From contig MU053881.1 of NCBI GenBank assembly GCA_013239625.1, forward strand, positions 4,237,957 through 4,301,956: 64,000 bases of DNA, given 5' to 3'. The number at the start of each line of letters is the position of its first letter. Position 1 is the first letter of the stretch. The notes below the pieces were generated by a model. It was not told the DNA's origin, searched no databases, and was given only the letters and a program-made list of their open reading frames with translations. The DNA is from Lama guanicoe (taxonomy: Eukaryota). Positions 1 to 11,644 of this stretch are shown one piece after another. The position numbers and the translations under genes were made by a program.

Positions 1-127
1 CAAAAACAAAATCTAAAACAAAAACAAAAAAACACCCTGATGTGTAGATGTATACGTGAATAGCTTATCTGTATCTCTCTCTCTCTAGTATCTCCAATAT
101 CTGTATCTATTGCCTGCCTACCTACCT

Positions 128-185
128 ATCCATCCATCCATCCATCCATTCATCCATCCATCCATCCACCCATCCATCCATCCAT
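128..185. repeat. (ATCC)n microsatellite
   Basis: Directly visible, slightly interrupted. Confidence 0.9.
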
Positions 186-3100
186 CTGGATAACTAGATA
201 TCCTTCCTTGGCACCCATGTGATTACAGTTGCTTGGACCACTTCTTAGGCACCTGACAATTTAGTGGATAACACAACGGCCACAAAGAATAGCTATCATC
301 CTTGTCAAACAAAATAAAGGAAAAATGGTTTTTGATGGCTTTGTAGGGGGAATAAAATTTTAATGAAATTTCTCTGAGGGGAAACAGGACCTGGAATCTG
401 CACACCTGTGTTTGAACCCTGACTTTGCAAACTAGCTCTCCTTTCTGAATCGTGACCATGTTAAAATGAGCATGCTAGCAGCCCCTGATGCAGAGGGCTG
501 GGGGCGGGTGGGCCAGGCGGCAGGATGCCTGCAGTACGATGCCTGTGCCTGGGAAGCACCCATCCATGCCTGAGGTGCTTGTAATCTTCATTATTCTTCT
601 TCTCATTCCCAGAACTGCTTGTGTTTCTGGGATTTGGTGGTGGTGGTGGGGGGGGGGTTACAGTACTACAGAAAAGTCCTTTCCTTTTCCCTTGTTTTCT
701 TGCCCCAAACTGATACATGACTTTTCCTGGTGGTGAAGTCAAAGAGAAAGAATATGCCCTAAGAAATCTGCAGTTCCTTGAAGTGGATGGAAATGGCATT
801 TCAACTCCCTTGCCGCTACTCCTGGAAATGTACGCCCAGGTCTGGCCGCTGAATCACGGACACACATTTAAGGGAGGCCAATGAGGCAGACGAGAATTAT
901 AGAGGGAGATGGGAGCCACTGGGCCCCTTTACCTGGCCTCCACTACCCACCTGTGTGACCTGGAGCAAATCCTTTAACCAAGAGCCGGTTTTCGGGGAGT
1001 AAGTGCCCTCATGTGAGGACTGACAATCAAAACTCACCTTCTCTCAGGAGAATTTTTTCACCCTCCTAGCTCTGTATCTTCAAATATGAGAGCTTGTGCC
1101 CCGATTAGATTTAGGAATGAATTTTTTTTGTTGTTTTAAAAACAAACTCAACTTGAAAAAAGGAAATCCTGTCCATTGCTATACCAGCAGGGCAATGAGG
1201 TTTACGGGGGGGAGAAGTGGGGCTGTGGTAGGTGGGGACTGGAATCCAGGCTTCACCACATACTAGTCGGGGCGGGGTGTTACTCTGCTCATGTACCTAA
1301 GTGCCTGACGCCCCACAGGCGATCAGTAGTTGTCAGTTTCCCCTTCCAGAACCAAGCCATCGACCTCGCAGGGTCAGGAGGGCGGAGTCACCAAGCCATT
1401 CCACACCCCTCCCTGCCCCGCGGTGAAACACACGAGGGGTCACTTGGCTTTTTCTCTTAGATATGAGGTGAATTATGCCTCCATTCTTTCAAGTAAAAAG
1501 GCACAGGTCTTTCTTGGATTCTGCATAAAACTTTTCATATTTTCACAGATTTCTATTACCACCTTCTGGGCACCACGTTTTAAATGCCCTCTTGCGCTGA
1601 GTGGTTCCAGGGGGGTTGCTCCTGGATATGTCTGCTTCTTTTCTCCTCTCTTTTGGGGTTGGGGTCAGAGAAGCATTTTTTTTTCTTTAAAAATGGTTGA
1701 CATCTGCTTGATCACATTGACATTTCAATGGTGTCAAAGCCCTGCTTACTGAAATAGAACTCCAGTGAAAAGGATGAAGAAAGCGCAGGCTTAGCTTCTG
1801 GGATTACATTCTCTGATTCATCACCCTCCGCCCCCATCTACCCACAAGCAGGTTTTTAACTGACACGTGATTAGATTCACACACAATAGAAAACATGGCA
1901 GGTTTGGGCGCACACGGGATTTCGAGGCTGCTGTACACTTTTAACTTCCTTGAGACACACTTTATTTTTCCAGCTCTGGTCACACAATGAATCACAAGAA
2001 GACACTTTTCCCAGCCAGCCAACAATGACATCCAATTGGACTAGAAAAAGATTCGACCTTTGAAACATGCCGCCAAGATTCAGGCGTGCCAAAACAAAAT
2101 GTTCTCTAGTAAGAGAGGCTGAGCTGGTACTGCTAGATAGAGTTCATAGTAGGGCACAAACGTTCATTTTCTGAATTCTTAGAGTTTATTCAAAGGCTGT
2201 GGTCCCTATTCTCAGACCATGAGGAAGGGAGGGGGTGTGCTGGGGGAAGTTTGCAAAGGACATTTTTGAAGGAGCGAAGTGATACGCGCTATCAGAAAGG
2301 TACATGGCGTAGCACAGGCTGGCAGGTTCGGAACACAGGCTGCTTGTGTGACGCGGTATTTGTGGCACTCAGGAAAAATCAGGGCTGACCTGAGCCAGTG
2401 AGGAGCCAAATCAAAGCAGCTTTGCAAGGTGATGATGGTTCTTGCTGCAGAGTAATGGCTTCTTTTCCTTCTGGGGTGGCGGGGGAGGGAGGAGGGAAGG
2501 AAGGAGTTGAAGTGGAAATGGGACAGGGGTTAGAGGCTGGGCAAGTTAAATGTGGACAATGGCTGGGTGACCGAGGTGGGGCAGGAACACGAGGCCTTGC
2601 AGAAGAAAAACCAAAGTGGGGTTCTAAGGCTGACACTGGCAAACATACGAAAATGTAGAGCAGTGGACCCCGAACTATGTTCCCAGGGGTCCTGATCCTG
2701 TGTTACCTGTGAACAGTCAAACTTAACGAGGAAAACATTTTAAACAAAACAAATAGGTTTCTTCTCTGTAGAACTTCTCAAAGCCTAAATAAGCCAATCT
2801 CCTATTTTGATTTTCCAAGAAACAGGGTGCTTTACTTTCTAAGTTAATTTAATGACAGAACTTTTTTCTTTTGTAGCTCTTTTGTTTTATATAAAATTTA
2901 CACACACACACACACAACCTACTTCATGACAATTTTTTATTTTTTGTCCTTTTCTGGCAGTAAGAACTTAGTGCTCTGAAGATCATAAACTTGGGAAATA
3001 AATTTATTAAGGGTTTCTTATTATTTACTATTGTCATTACATACTTCAGGAAAAAAATTAAACTTTTCAATGTTTTTAACTTACTTCAGTGACATCTTCA

Positions 3101-4524
3101 ATGTTCCTTAATTTTTAAAATCAGAAATTTACTTCCCCCATGACTTTTGATTAGACTTCAAGTATTGCTCAGACTTTAAAAAAAAAAAATCCTAACAAAA
3201 TGACTTTATTTTCCTTCTGAACTGGGTGCGAACACAACCCGCTTACCAGTGAAATACCTTCACTGTCAAGGGCAATTAAGGATGACACGCACAGCCCTCC
3301 TTGTTGAGTGGGTCTCGGTGAACCAGTAGCAAGAAGACGCAGCCCTTACAACCTCTCTCACACCCTCCGACTCTGTGACTTGAGACACCAGCCGTATTGC
3401 GGCTACGTGTTATTTCAAGATCTAGTTGTTACATCGCTTACAAGTTGAAACATCACTGGTCTAAAATAAATATTTCTTGCAATAAATTAAATCTACTCAT
3501 GTCTTTTTTTTTTCTCTCTCTCTTTCCCACAGCGTTGAAACCATGCCACAATGCCCAGAGGTACTGCAGAGGTGGCAATCAACGTGACCCACATCTCCAA
3601 TGGCCCTGGGGCTTTCTCAGGAGCCCTTCACTGAACTCCGGACGTAAGTTTTAGCTACTGGGACCTAGTACCCCTGGGGGGTCCTGAGCATCACTCTCAG
3701 AAGCCCCTACAGCTGGAAGTGTTCTGTATTAGGACTGTTTATAGACAATTAAGAAGCAAAAGACCGCCACAGTCCATTTGTCTCAGAGACCTGCTTCTTC
3801 TAGACTTAAGAACACCATACTCAGGTAAGAAAGAGCAGGAATTAAACTTGACAAAAATGAGATATTCTCAGTGTTAAAACATTTCACGTTACAATAAACC
3901 TTTTAAAGCTTAAAAATGCAGTTTAAAATATAGATCACATGGTTTCTGGACCAACCCAAAGACAGAACTTCCAATTCACACGAGAGATTATAATCCCAGA
4001 AGGCCACCTCCTGTGATGCTAGGATCTAGGGAGGAACCCGGGGACTAAAACTCAAAAGGGACTTGTTAACCAAGATCCCCTTGTAGAGTGGCTAGAAATG
4101 AAGGCTCTCCACTGACAAAGACCCCAAACCAAAGCTCTCAGATACTGCGCTTTCCTATTAAATAAGTATGTGCGTGTTCTCTTATTTTACTGGACATTTG
4201 GCCTCATGCAGATGCCTGAACGCTCAGAGCCTGGGCTCAGGCCTCACACGCACACTGAAGGCTACCAATAAAAAGACCTCTGCAGGCCGCATGAGAACCA
4301 GGAGTGCCGCCAAAAACAACAGCCCGCTGACATTTACGGGCTTAAATAAGCAACGCACGCCTGCCGGCAGGTCTCATACAACTGGACATCTTTCCATTAC
4401 AGTTTGTTCTGCTTTGGCCAAAGAATATATTCTTAACATTTTTTAAATGTTACATTCCCAACCATGGAAGCATAATCTACTTATGTTGAAAATAAATATG
4501 TTAAAAGAAAGCTGAGTTAAAAGT

Positions 4525-4530
4525 TTTATT
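4525..4530 (-). terminator. Likely distal polyadenylation signal AATAAA
   Basis: Plus-strand tttatt. On the transcript, UGUA lies upstream (4548-4551) and a U-rich tract lies downstream (~4490-4510). Confidence 0.7.
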
Positions 4531-5290
4531 CATTCAACATCTCACATTACAAATATTTAAAAATTATATGCATACTGGTATAAATAGTCATTTGCAAACT
4601 ATTTAATAACATTAATTTTCCACTAGCACTTCAACAAATGAACTCTTTTAAAAAAGGAACTGTGTTATATAACTTAAGAGTAGAACATACAAAAATAGGA
4701 ACTTAACGTGAAAATGACTTTAATAAAAAATGAATTACCCTTATTTAAAATGCTATAATAAATACTACAACCTCCCCATACACAGTAAAAACTATATGGA
4801 AATTCAGCCAAGTAGTACAATTAACTGACATACTTAAATAACTTTTCCTTCTGATAATATGAGCAATACACTGGAAAAAAAAAACATTAGGGATTAGTAA
4901 AAACTAGACACCCACTTGCTAAAAGTTTCACTTCCAAAAAATATAACAAAAATCTGATGAAAATTATAAAACCTAATTATACTTTAAATTTTAAAAATAT
5001 AAAAAATAAAACAGTTGAATACAATATTGTCCCAATTCTTACAATGCTATCAATCACAGTAGCTTTAAAATAAGATAATAAAATAAAGCAGATGACTAAA
5101 ACCTCTTTTATTCCATTTTTAAAAATAATCTCAAATTTACATTAGTAGAAAGATTGATTTCTGATTCTTTTCTTTAGAAACACCAGCAAGAAAGAGGATT
5201 ACTCTTAACAGTAGAAAATGACATTTTTAAATGTCTGCAATTAAAAACAAAGAATTACACTGCAAAGATCTTTCAAAAGTTTGAAATAAG

Positions 5291-5298
5291 TATTGCAC
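5291..5298 (-). promoter_or_regulatory. miR-25/32/92 family 8mer site (GUGCAAUA)
   Basis: Plus-strand tattgcac. miR-92 regulation of CPEB2-4 UTRs is reported, from memory. Confidence 0.6.
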
Positions 5299-6391
5299 AT
5301 AACTTGAAGTTAACTTGCCACAATTCGTCACATTCAAGTTTTAAATCACCTTTTAACAGAAGATTCAACTCTTCAAAACAAAAAGGGTGAATTATCAAGT
5401 CTTTCCAACAGCACTCTCATAAAATGCTAAATTCATTCACTGCAAGTTTTACTTATTTTGCATTCTGCAGAGGTCTGTGTATGGAGAAGTATATATATTA
5501 TACCAAAGCGTGGGGACCAGAGGGGGGAAGGGAGAGGGTTCCTTTACATAGAAAATAATCAGAAACACTTTATTTTACATTGCAAAAATAACCATGTAAT
5601 TACTCTGTAACTACATTGTAAGTACATGGCTGGTGCCATGCTAGTGCGCGAGAACTACATGCTTGGTAAATTGACGTGATACCCTAAAATCTGTAAACTA
5701 ATTACATGTTAATTATGTTTTGAGTTACATGGTAACTCCCAACTACAATCCCATGTAATCTGAAGGACATGTAATCAATAAAGTTCAGAGTAATAGATAA
5801 TAATTGTTTATGCCCTGTAAATTGAAGTGTAACCAAATAATCTGTAAACACGCTTGTCACACAATCACAAGTAAATATTAGTAGAATAACGATTTCTTAC
5901 ATTAGTCATGCACACTAACATTACACACCTGGCCCACGGCAGGCGATTTTTTTTTTCTTTTTATATAATTTAAAAGAGCAGACATCTCTGAATCAAACAC
6001 TTAACATCAATTTATTAATATTAAAAATGGCTAAACATTCACCCAAAATGTCTGCGTTATGAATAATTTTAAAAACTTAGTAAGAAGCTGTAGACAATTT
6101 CGTTATTTTAAATTTCTACCCTATGCTTACGCATTTAAATTTTTTTTTTTTAGGAACTACAGTGTTATCTGTCATTTTCATGCGAATTTTTTTTCATTAA
6201 TTTGTGACTTTACATAGATTATTTCTTAAATTATAGGTACACCAATAGCTGGTGCTGGGGAAGGAAATTTAAGCAACATGCTTTCTCTTCTCTGCAGACT
6301 CTAAAATAGCATTGCCAGTGCACAACATTCATAATTTAAAATGTATGCAGAGCACTGAAATGTATAAAAAGCAGAATATAAGAAAATAAAA

Positions 6392-6397
6392 TTTATT
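6392..6397 (-). terminator. Candidate proximal poly(A) signal AATAAA overlapping a CPE (UUUUAAUAAA)
   Basis: Plus-strand atttattaaaa; U-rich sequence follows on the transcript. Confidence 0.45.
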
Positions 6398-7719
6398 AAA
6401 ATTATTTATATTAAAAAATGAAGTATATGAAGATCTCTCAGTAATAAAAGTACAAAAAGCTACTCTTTGCAATATGAAAAATTGAGGTATTGCATAAAGA
6501 GATATCCCGTCAGTGAAAAGTGTGCCTAAAAATGTTCACTGTTGGAAAAACAAGATATACAAAAGTAGTGCATAACAAGTATACATTATGTGCATGACAA
6601 AATAAGTTAGCTACAAAAACACTGTACCGAAATTCAGCAGGTCATGTACAAAGGGAAAAATTATTATTCAAAGCGAGTTCTCAAACAGTGTTATTTCTTG
6701 TTAACTCATCACACCTGTTTACTGAGTAGGACCGGCACGATAGCACACCCCAAGCCACCTACAAGCATTTAAAAGAATAAAAAGAGGCAAATGAACATTC
6801 CGATTAGAATTATGTAGTTCAGGAGAAAAGAAAAAAAGTCCCTGACCAGCTACACCAGAGCGCCCTCCCCTCGCATGGCTGCTTTCTGTATTTGCAGAGG
6901 GTTCTTTTTAAAAAGCAGCTCCCTTTCTGGGTCTGACTGTTTTGACAGCAAATGCCTCCATTTTGACCTTTGGAACTTAACAGGTATAGAGTTCATTAAA
7001 GCCGTTATTAAAAATAAAGGACTGCTTTTCCCAAAGAGCATCAGTAGGGGTCATCAGCCAGGTGGTTCCACCGCAGTGTTGGGGCAAGTCTTTGGTTTTG
7101 AAGGATCCAAGACGGTGCTGTTAGGTAGCACAGCTAGCAAGATGGCCATTAGTTTTGTTCTGTTTTGTTTTGTTTCATGTTTTGCACACTGATTCTAATC
7201 CTTTTAACGTCAGATAGGGCGTTGAATAAGACAATGGCAATTAAAATAAAAATTACTTCCGTGACCAGGGCTTCAAGAGACTATTTTAAACTTACCCCTG
7301 AAGCATACTGTTCAACACATAATAATGCCTTTCAAAAGCTAGAATTTTATTTATAATAAAGCATGCATTACTTGATGAAGTTGGCACTTCAAACACTGAC
7401 TATGTCCCATGCTAAGTTCTGAAACTGTAATGTTATTTTATTTTATAGGAAGAGTAAGATAAACATACGTACCTTTGCACAGATTTACACAGTTACTTAG
7501 TTCAACAGTGCAAAACACTTTGCAACTACTTAACTTTTTTTAACTTTTTTTTTTTCATTTTCTATGTTACAGCTAAATTACAGGATACCCAAAGTAACTT
7601 TAAATCTAAAAGTAAGCCAATCAGCAGCCAATTCGAATATAGGTTTTGTCTTCCAGTTCGGGCGACACATGTAGCCCAACACAAAATCAAAGTGATATCC
7701 TTGAGGTATCTCTAGATCT

Positions 7720-7756
7720 GTTTTTTGTTTTGTTTTGTTTTGTTTTGTTTTGTTTT
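7720..7756. repeat. (TTTTG)n repeat inside the 3'UTR; (CAAAA)n on the mRNA
   Basis: Directly visible. Confidence 0.9.
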
Positions 7757-7951
7757 AAGAGTCAAAATGGAGAGCAAAGGCTGACACCTGATGAGTGTTA
7801 GTAAATTAGGATACAGAGTTTATATATGACAACAAAAATAAAATTTATATATTTGTTCTTCAGAAGAGGAAATGCTAATTTTTCCCACCAGTTGTCATTA
7901 ATTTTCGCTTTGGTAGGTTTCCTGGGGCTGTGACCAGACAAGTAAGTTTAA

Positions 7952-7960
7952 AATAAATAA
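7952..7960 (-). promoter_or_regulatory. AU-rich element nonamer UUAUUUAUU (TTP/ZFP36-type) in the 3'UTR
   Basis: Plus-strand aataaataa. Confidence 0.55.
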
Positions 7961-8776
7961 GTGCGCTCCCCTAAGTAGTAAAGGTACCCATTTTTTACAT
8001 TCTAAATTTGAAAAATTGTTTCAAAGAAAATAAACCTAGCTCTACCTACTTTACTATTTTTTTTCTGATGTGGTAGTAACTTTGAGGCATAATGAAATTA
8101 TATTCCGCCTCTACACCCTTAAAATTAGTTATAATGCTGCTTCAGTCTTGCTCATGCATTTGTGTTTGCTTTAACATGCTCCTTCCTGTTAATAATGGTT
8201 AACTTCCTCCACTGCTGTTACAAGAGTTAAAAAAAAAAAATAAAGGGGATGGAAAAAAAAAAAAAAAAAAAAAAAGAGAGAGGCAAAAAAGATGAAAAGA
8301 AAAGAAAGAGAAAGGCAAACGCGCTTCCCTGGGGGAAACCCCGCGTCAGGAGAGACGGATAGTGTTACTGTTACGTGGTTATTTTAATAAAAGTATTCTT
8401 ATCTGTTATATTATTAACAATAATTTAATTAAAAACCCAAAATACTCTATTGTTTCATTTCTCTTTTAATATTTCTCTCTCTCCTCGAAGAAAGTGTTGC
8501 GGGAAGTTTGGATCCTCTTGGTCTCCAGCTAAACAAGAGGAGAGAAACTTCCAGGCAACATGATGGCAATACGAAAAGGGAGTTCATACGCATCGTTTTC
8601 AGTGACACGAGAATCTACAAAACACCTATATTATAGGTCATTCCTCCCGTTGGGCTATTGTTAAGTTAACAGACTGCACAAAAGGACATGCCAGGTGAAG
8701 AGGTTGAGGAGGGGGTGAGAATTAACAGAAGAGTGCACTCATTCTGAGGCCTGGACACGAGCGCTGTCATCATCCT

Positions 8777-9004
8777 TTAGTTCCAGCGGAATGAAATATG
8801 CCGAGGACGGTCACCGCCTTCCTTCACCAGGGGCTTGTGGAATTCCCTGCCAGCACGAGAATGAATAGCAGCCCAGCAATATTCACAGTAATACTGCAGA
8901 CAGGTAACATTAGCACAGAAGAAGGGAGCGAATTTTCCCCCACAACGGGCCCCCTGACATTCATCACACAGCTGATCATCCAAGACATATGGCTTAACTT
9001 CCAC
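8777..9004 (-). CDS. CPEB4: CPEB4 terminal exon, coding part (228 nt): VEVKPYVLDDQLCDECQGARCGGKFAPFFCANVTCLQYYCEYCWAAIHSRAGREFHKPLVKEGGDRPRHISFRWN*; ZZ-type zinc finger
   Basis: Acceptor gattgcag|GTGGAA; stop TAA at 8777-8779; Cys/His pattern of the CPEB ZZ domain. Confidence 0.97.
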   Translation of the reverse strand: MEVKPYVLDDQLCDECQGARCGGKFAPFFCANVTCLQYYCEYCWAAIHSRAGREFHKPLVKEGGDRPRHISFRWN

Positions 9005-11462
9005 CTGCAATCAAGAGTAAAAGAGAGGAGTTTACATCGGTGAAGGGATGTGAGTGTACATTGCCGTCCACGGTCTGAATGAGTCTGCGCCAAGCTGCCC
9101 AAAAGGAGGGGTCAATAATTCTTTTATCGAAATTAAGACAGTCTGTCTTTTAAGAACCTGGTAATAAGGCTTTTATACCATCGTTTTACATTTTTGTCTT
9201 ACTAAATGAGCACTTTTCAAATGAAGAAAAAAAAAGATTCCAACAGAAATTAAAAAGTGAAGTCAACTTAATGTTTTAGACTATTATGAGGTTAAACCCA
9301 CAGGAGAGTTTTCACAGTCAGAAACTGTCACTTTAATTAGTAGATCTGAATTCTCGTCACATGTGGAATTATAATTTAAACAAGACCAGCTGAGAGATTC
9401 CCTGTGCCACAAAACAGCACTTTAAGGCACAAATCAGAGGGAAGCTGCCTGGCTCCTGCATCACAAGCATCTGAGCTGCAATAAGGCCTGGGTCCTGGTT
9501 TCTATTTCCAGCGCACACGTCTTGGGTTATAATCAGAAACCTCGAACTCGGGGGAAAACAAGACACAGCCATAGGACTCCTGGTCTAAAGCCCCGCTTTG
9601 TTCTTTGTCAGGAAGAATGGTTTCCTTCAGTCGAAAAGTCAGAGGTGAATTTATAAAACTGAACTGTTCCTGTGTTCAATAGGCCAACCTGTCATTTGAG
9701 CCTCTCAAGCATTAAAAATAACCTGGCTTTTAATTCTCCAGCGAGAAAAGGGTGGGTTATTTTTAGTCTTGGAGAGGCTCATGATTGAAACGCCATTGCA
9801 CCGAGCTATTCCTACCACTGGTGCCGTCCGCTGCTGACAAGGAGGCCTAACAAAGATTAGCCGGGAACAAAACGAGTGACGTGGGAGGCAGGAAGAGCGG
9901 AAGTGACTAGAGGACTCGGCGTCCGGCCCCGCGGCCGTCCCATCACATCTCCAGAGTGACAAGAACGCTGGTCAAAGAACTGGATCGTAGAGGAATACGA
10001 CTTAAGTCTGAGTTTCTAATGGCCAACCTCACAACCCTGAAACCTGTGCTGGAGTGAAGTGGTGAGGCAGGAGGCTGTTTACTCAGAGGCACTGTTTTTT
10101 AAAGTGTGAATGAAATACAAGGAGGCGTGTGAAGGTTACATACTGCAGCTAACCTTGCCTCTTCCTCTGTGTTTACAATAGAATCCACACCTTTCTCCTT
10201 AATATGATCACAGTATGGTATGACGATCACTAGGACGATAAACTTCCAGCTGCCAGTAAAGTGGAATTGGAAATGGAAAACGAGCAGAGGGTATAAGCTG
10301 CTACTGACTTGACTGTTTCTACGTACTGAATTGAGAACAGCACCATACAGTCCATCAGTGAAGACTTTTTGAGCACAATGCCTCAGAGAGCTGGACGTCT
10401 AAGCAGCCCTGATGAAAGCGCCAGTCTGCTGTGAAATAAGGAGCTGACACCAGAATATAAATCATCGCACTGCTTCCTTCATCAAGAAGGTCTTTCGATG
10501 TAAAAAAAAAATGTCTCATCTGAACTAAACACTGTGTTTACTACTGCAGTGGATTCACTCTGGTGTAAATTCCTCTCTCTCCACAAACTCGTAACAAGCC
10601 ATTTACTGACTGGCAGCGGGTTCACAGGCCACACTCTGAGTGGTATTGGTATAAGACAGAGTTCCATCCACCAGAACATAAACCCATAAGGACAGGGACT
10701 TCTTGTCCCAGGCGCTAACATATTTGCTGAGTGCATCACACACAAAGATAAGAAATTTGTGACTGCAAAGAGAGAAGACACACAGTGGAGCGTAGAGCCT
10801 CAAATACAATATATTCGAAAACAGAGGGAAGAGTTACCTTTGAGGTTTTCTCCAGCCTTTTGAGTCAGAAGGTAAACGCAACAAAGAGGAATTTAAAGTG
10901 AAAATAATGCCAGTGAACTACTACCTAATTTCAGGTGGTAAAACGGGTTACAAATGCCAAGGGTTCAACTTCTTCTACTTAGTCTGTTATGATGAAATAT
11001 TTCTAAGAGTACAGTCCTAGAAGTGAATTTATTTAATCATTTGTTACACAGTGCATAAGAAAATAGGTCTTGCTGAGGTACTTACTCTCCATATCCCAGG
11101 CTTAAAAAGGTCAGATCTCAAGGGCATTCGTGTTTGTACACTTGATATAACATCGTACAAAGGACTTGGTAAATATTTATTGAGTGACTAACTGAATGGA
11201 TGGAGGTGATAGCTTAGGAAACATTAAATGGACTGCAGCAAATTGACTCTAGTGCTCTGGGGAGCTAGTCACAAAACGAAGAGAGAGCAGAAACTCACAG
11301 CAAACTCTCAGATGCGTTCTAGACCACGCATCTAACGGGTCCTCTAGGTGTAACTGTCAGCTGTCAACATGCCGTCATATAAAACTGCCCCATTCCAAGC
11401 CTGGTGCCAGCACAGTCAGAAAGCCATTTCAAGAACTTTCCAGAGCGTAGGCCAGGACTTAC

Positions 11463-11644
11463 CCGTTTGTCTATCTCTCCATGCTGCAGCTGCACGAAGC
11501 GGGCACTGATAGCAGCGATGTAGCTCTGTTGATTAGAGAATGCCACGCGCCCGGCTCCTTTCGGGTATTTCAGCTCAGGGTCAGTATCAATCCCAGCGTA
11601 ACACACGCCGCCGTACAGCCGGTCCATTATCATGGCGAGCTCCA
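11463..11644 (-). CDS. CPEB4: CPEB4 exon 9 (182 nt): (V)ELAMIMDRLYGGVCYAGIDTDPELKYPKGAGRVAFSNQQSYIAAISARFVQLQHGEIDKR; RRM2
   Basis: Acceptor tgtgcag|TGGAGC, donor ACGG|gtaagt. Confidence 0.96.

Larger units (their letters stand above)
4505..8776 (-). other. CPEB4: CPEB4 long 3'UTR (~4.27 kb)
   Basis: Continuous AU-rich stretch with no obvious transposon, running from the stop codon to an AATAAA at 4525-4530. Composition shifts to higher GC below ~4400. The end is approximate. Confidence 0.8.

Noticed and set aside
223..4446. Short ORFs downstream of the 3'UTR
   Set aside because: Low-complexity or random-looking peptides with no coherent splice structure or recognisable domain.
5742..5753. 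ACTACAATCCCA resembling the ZNF143/THAP11 promoter motif
   Set aside because: It is one base short of the consensus and lies in an AT-rich 3'UTR with no promoter context.
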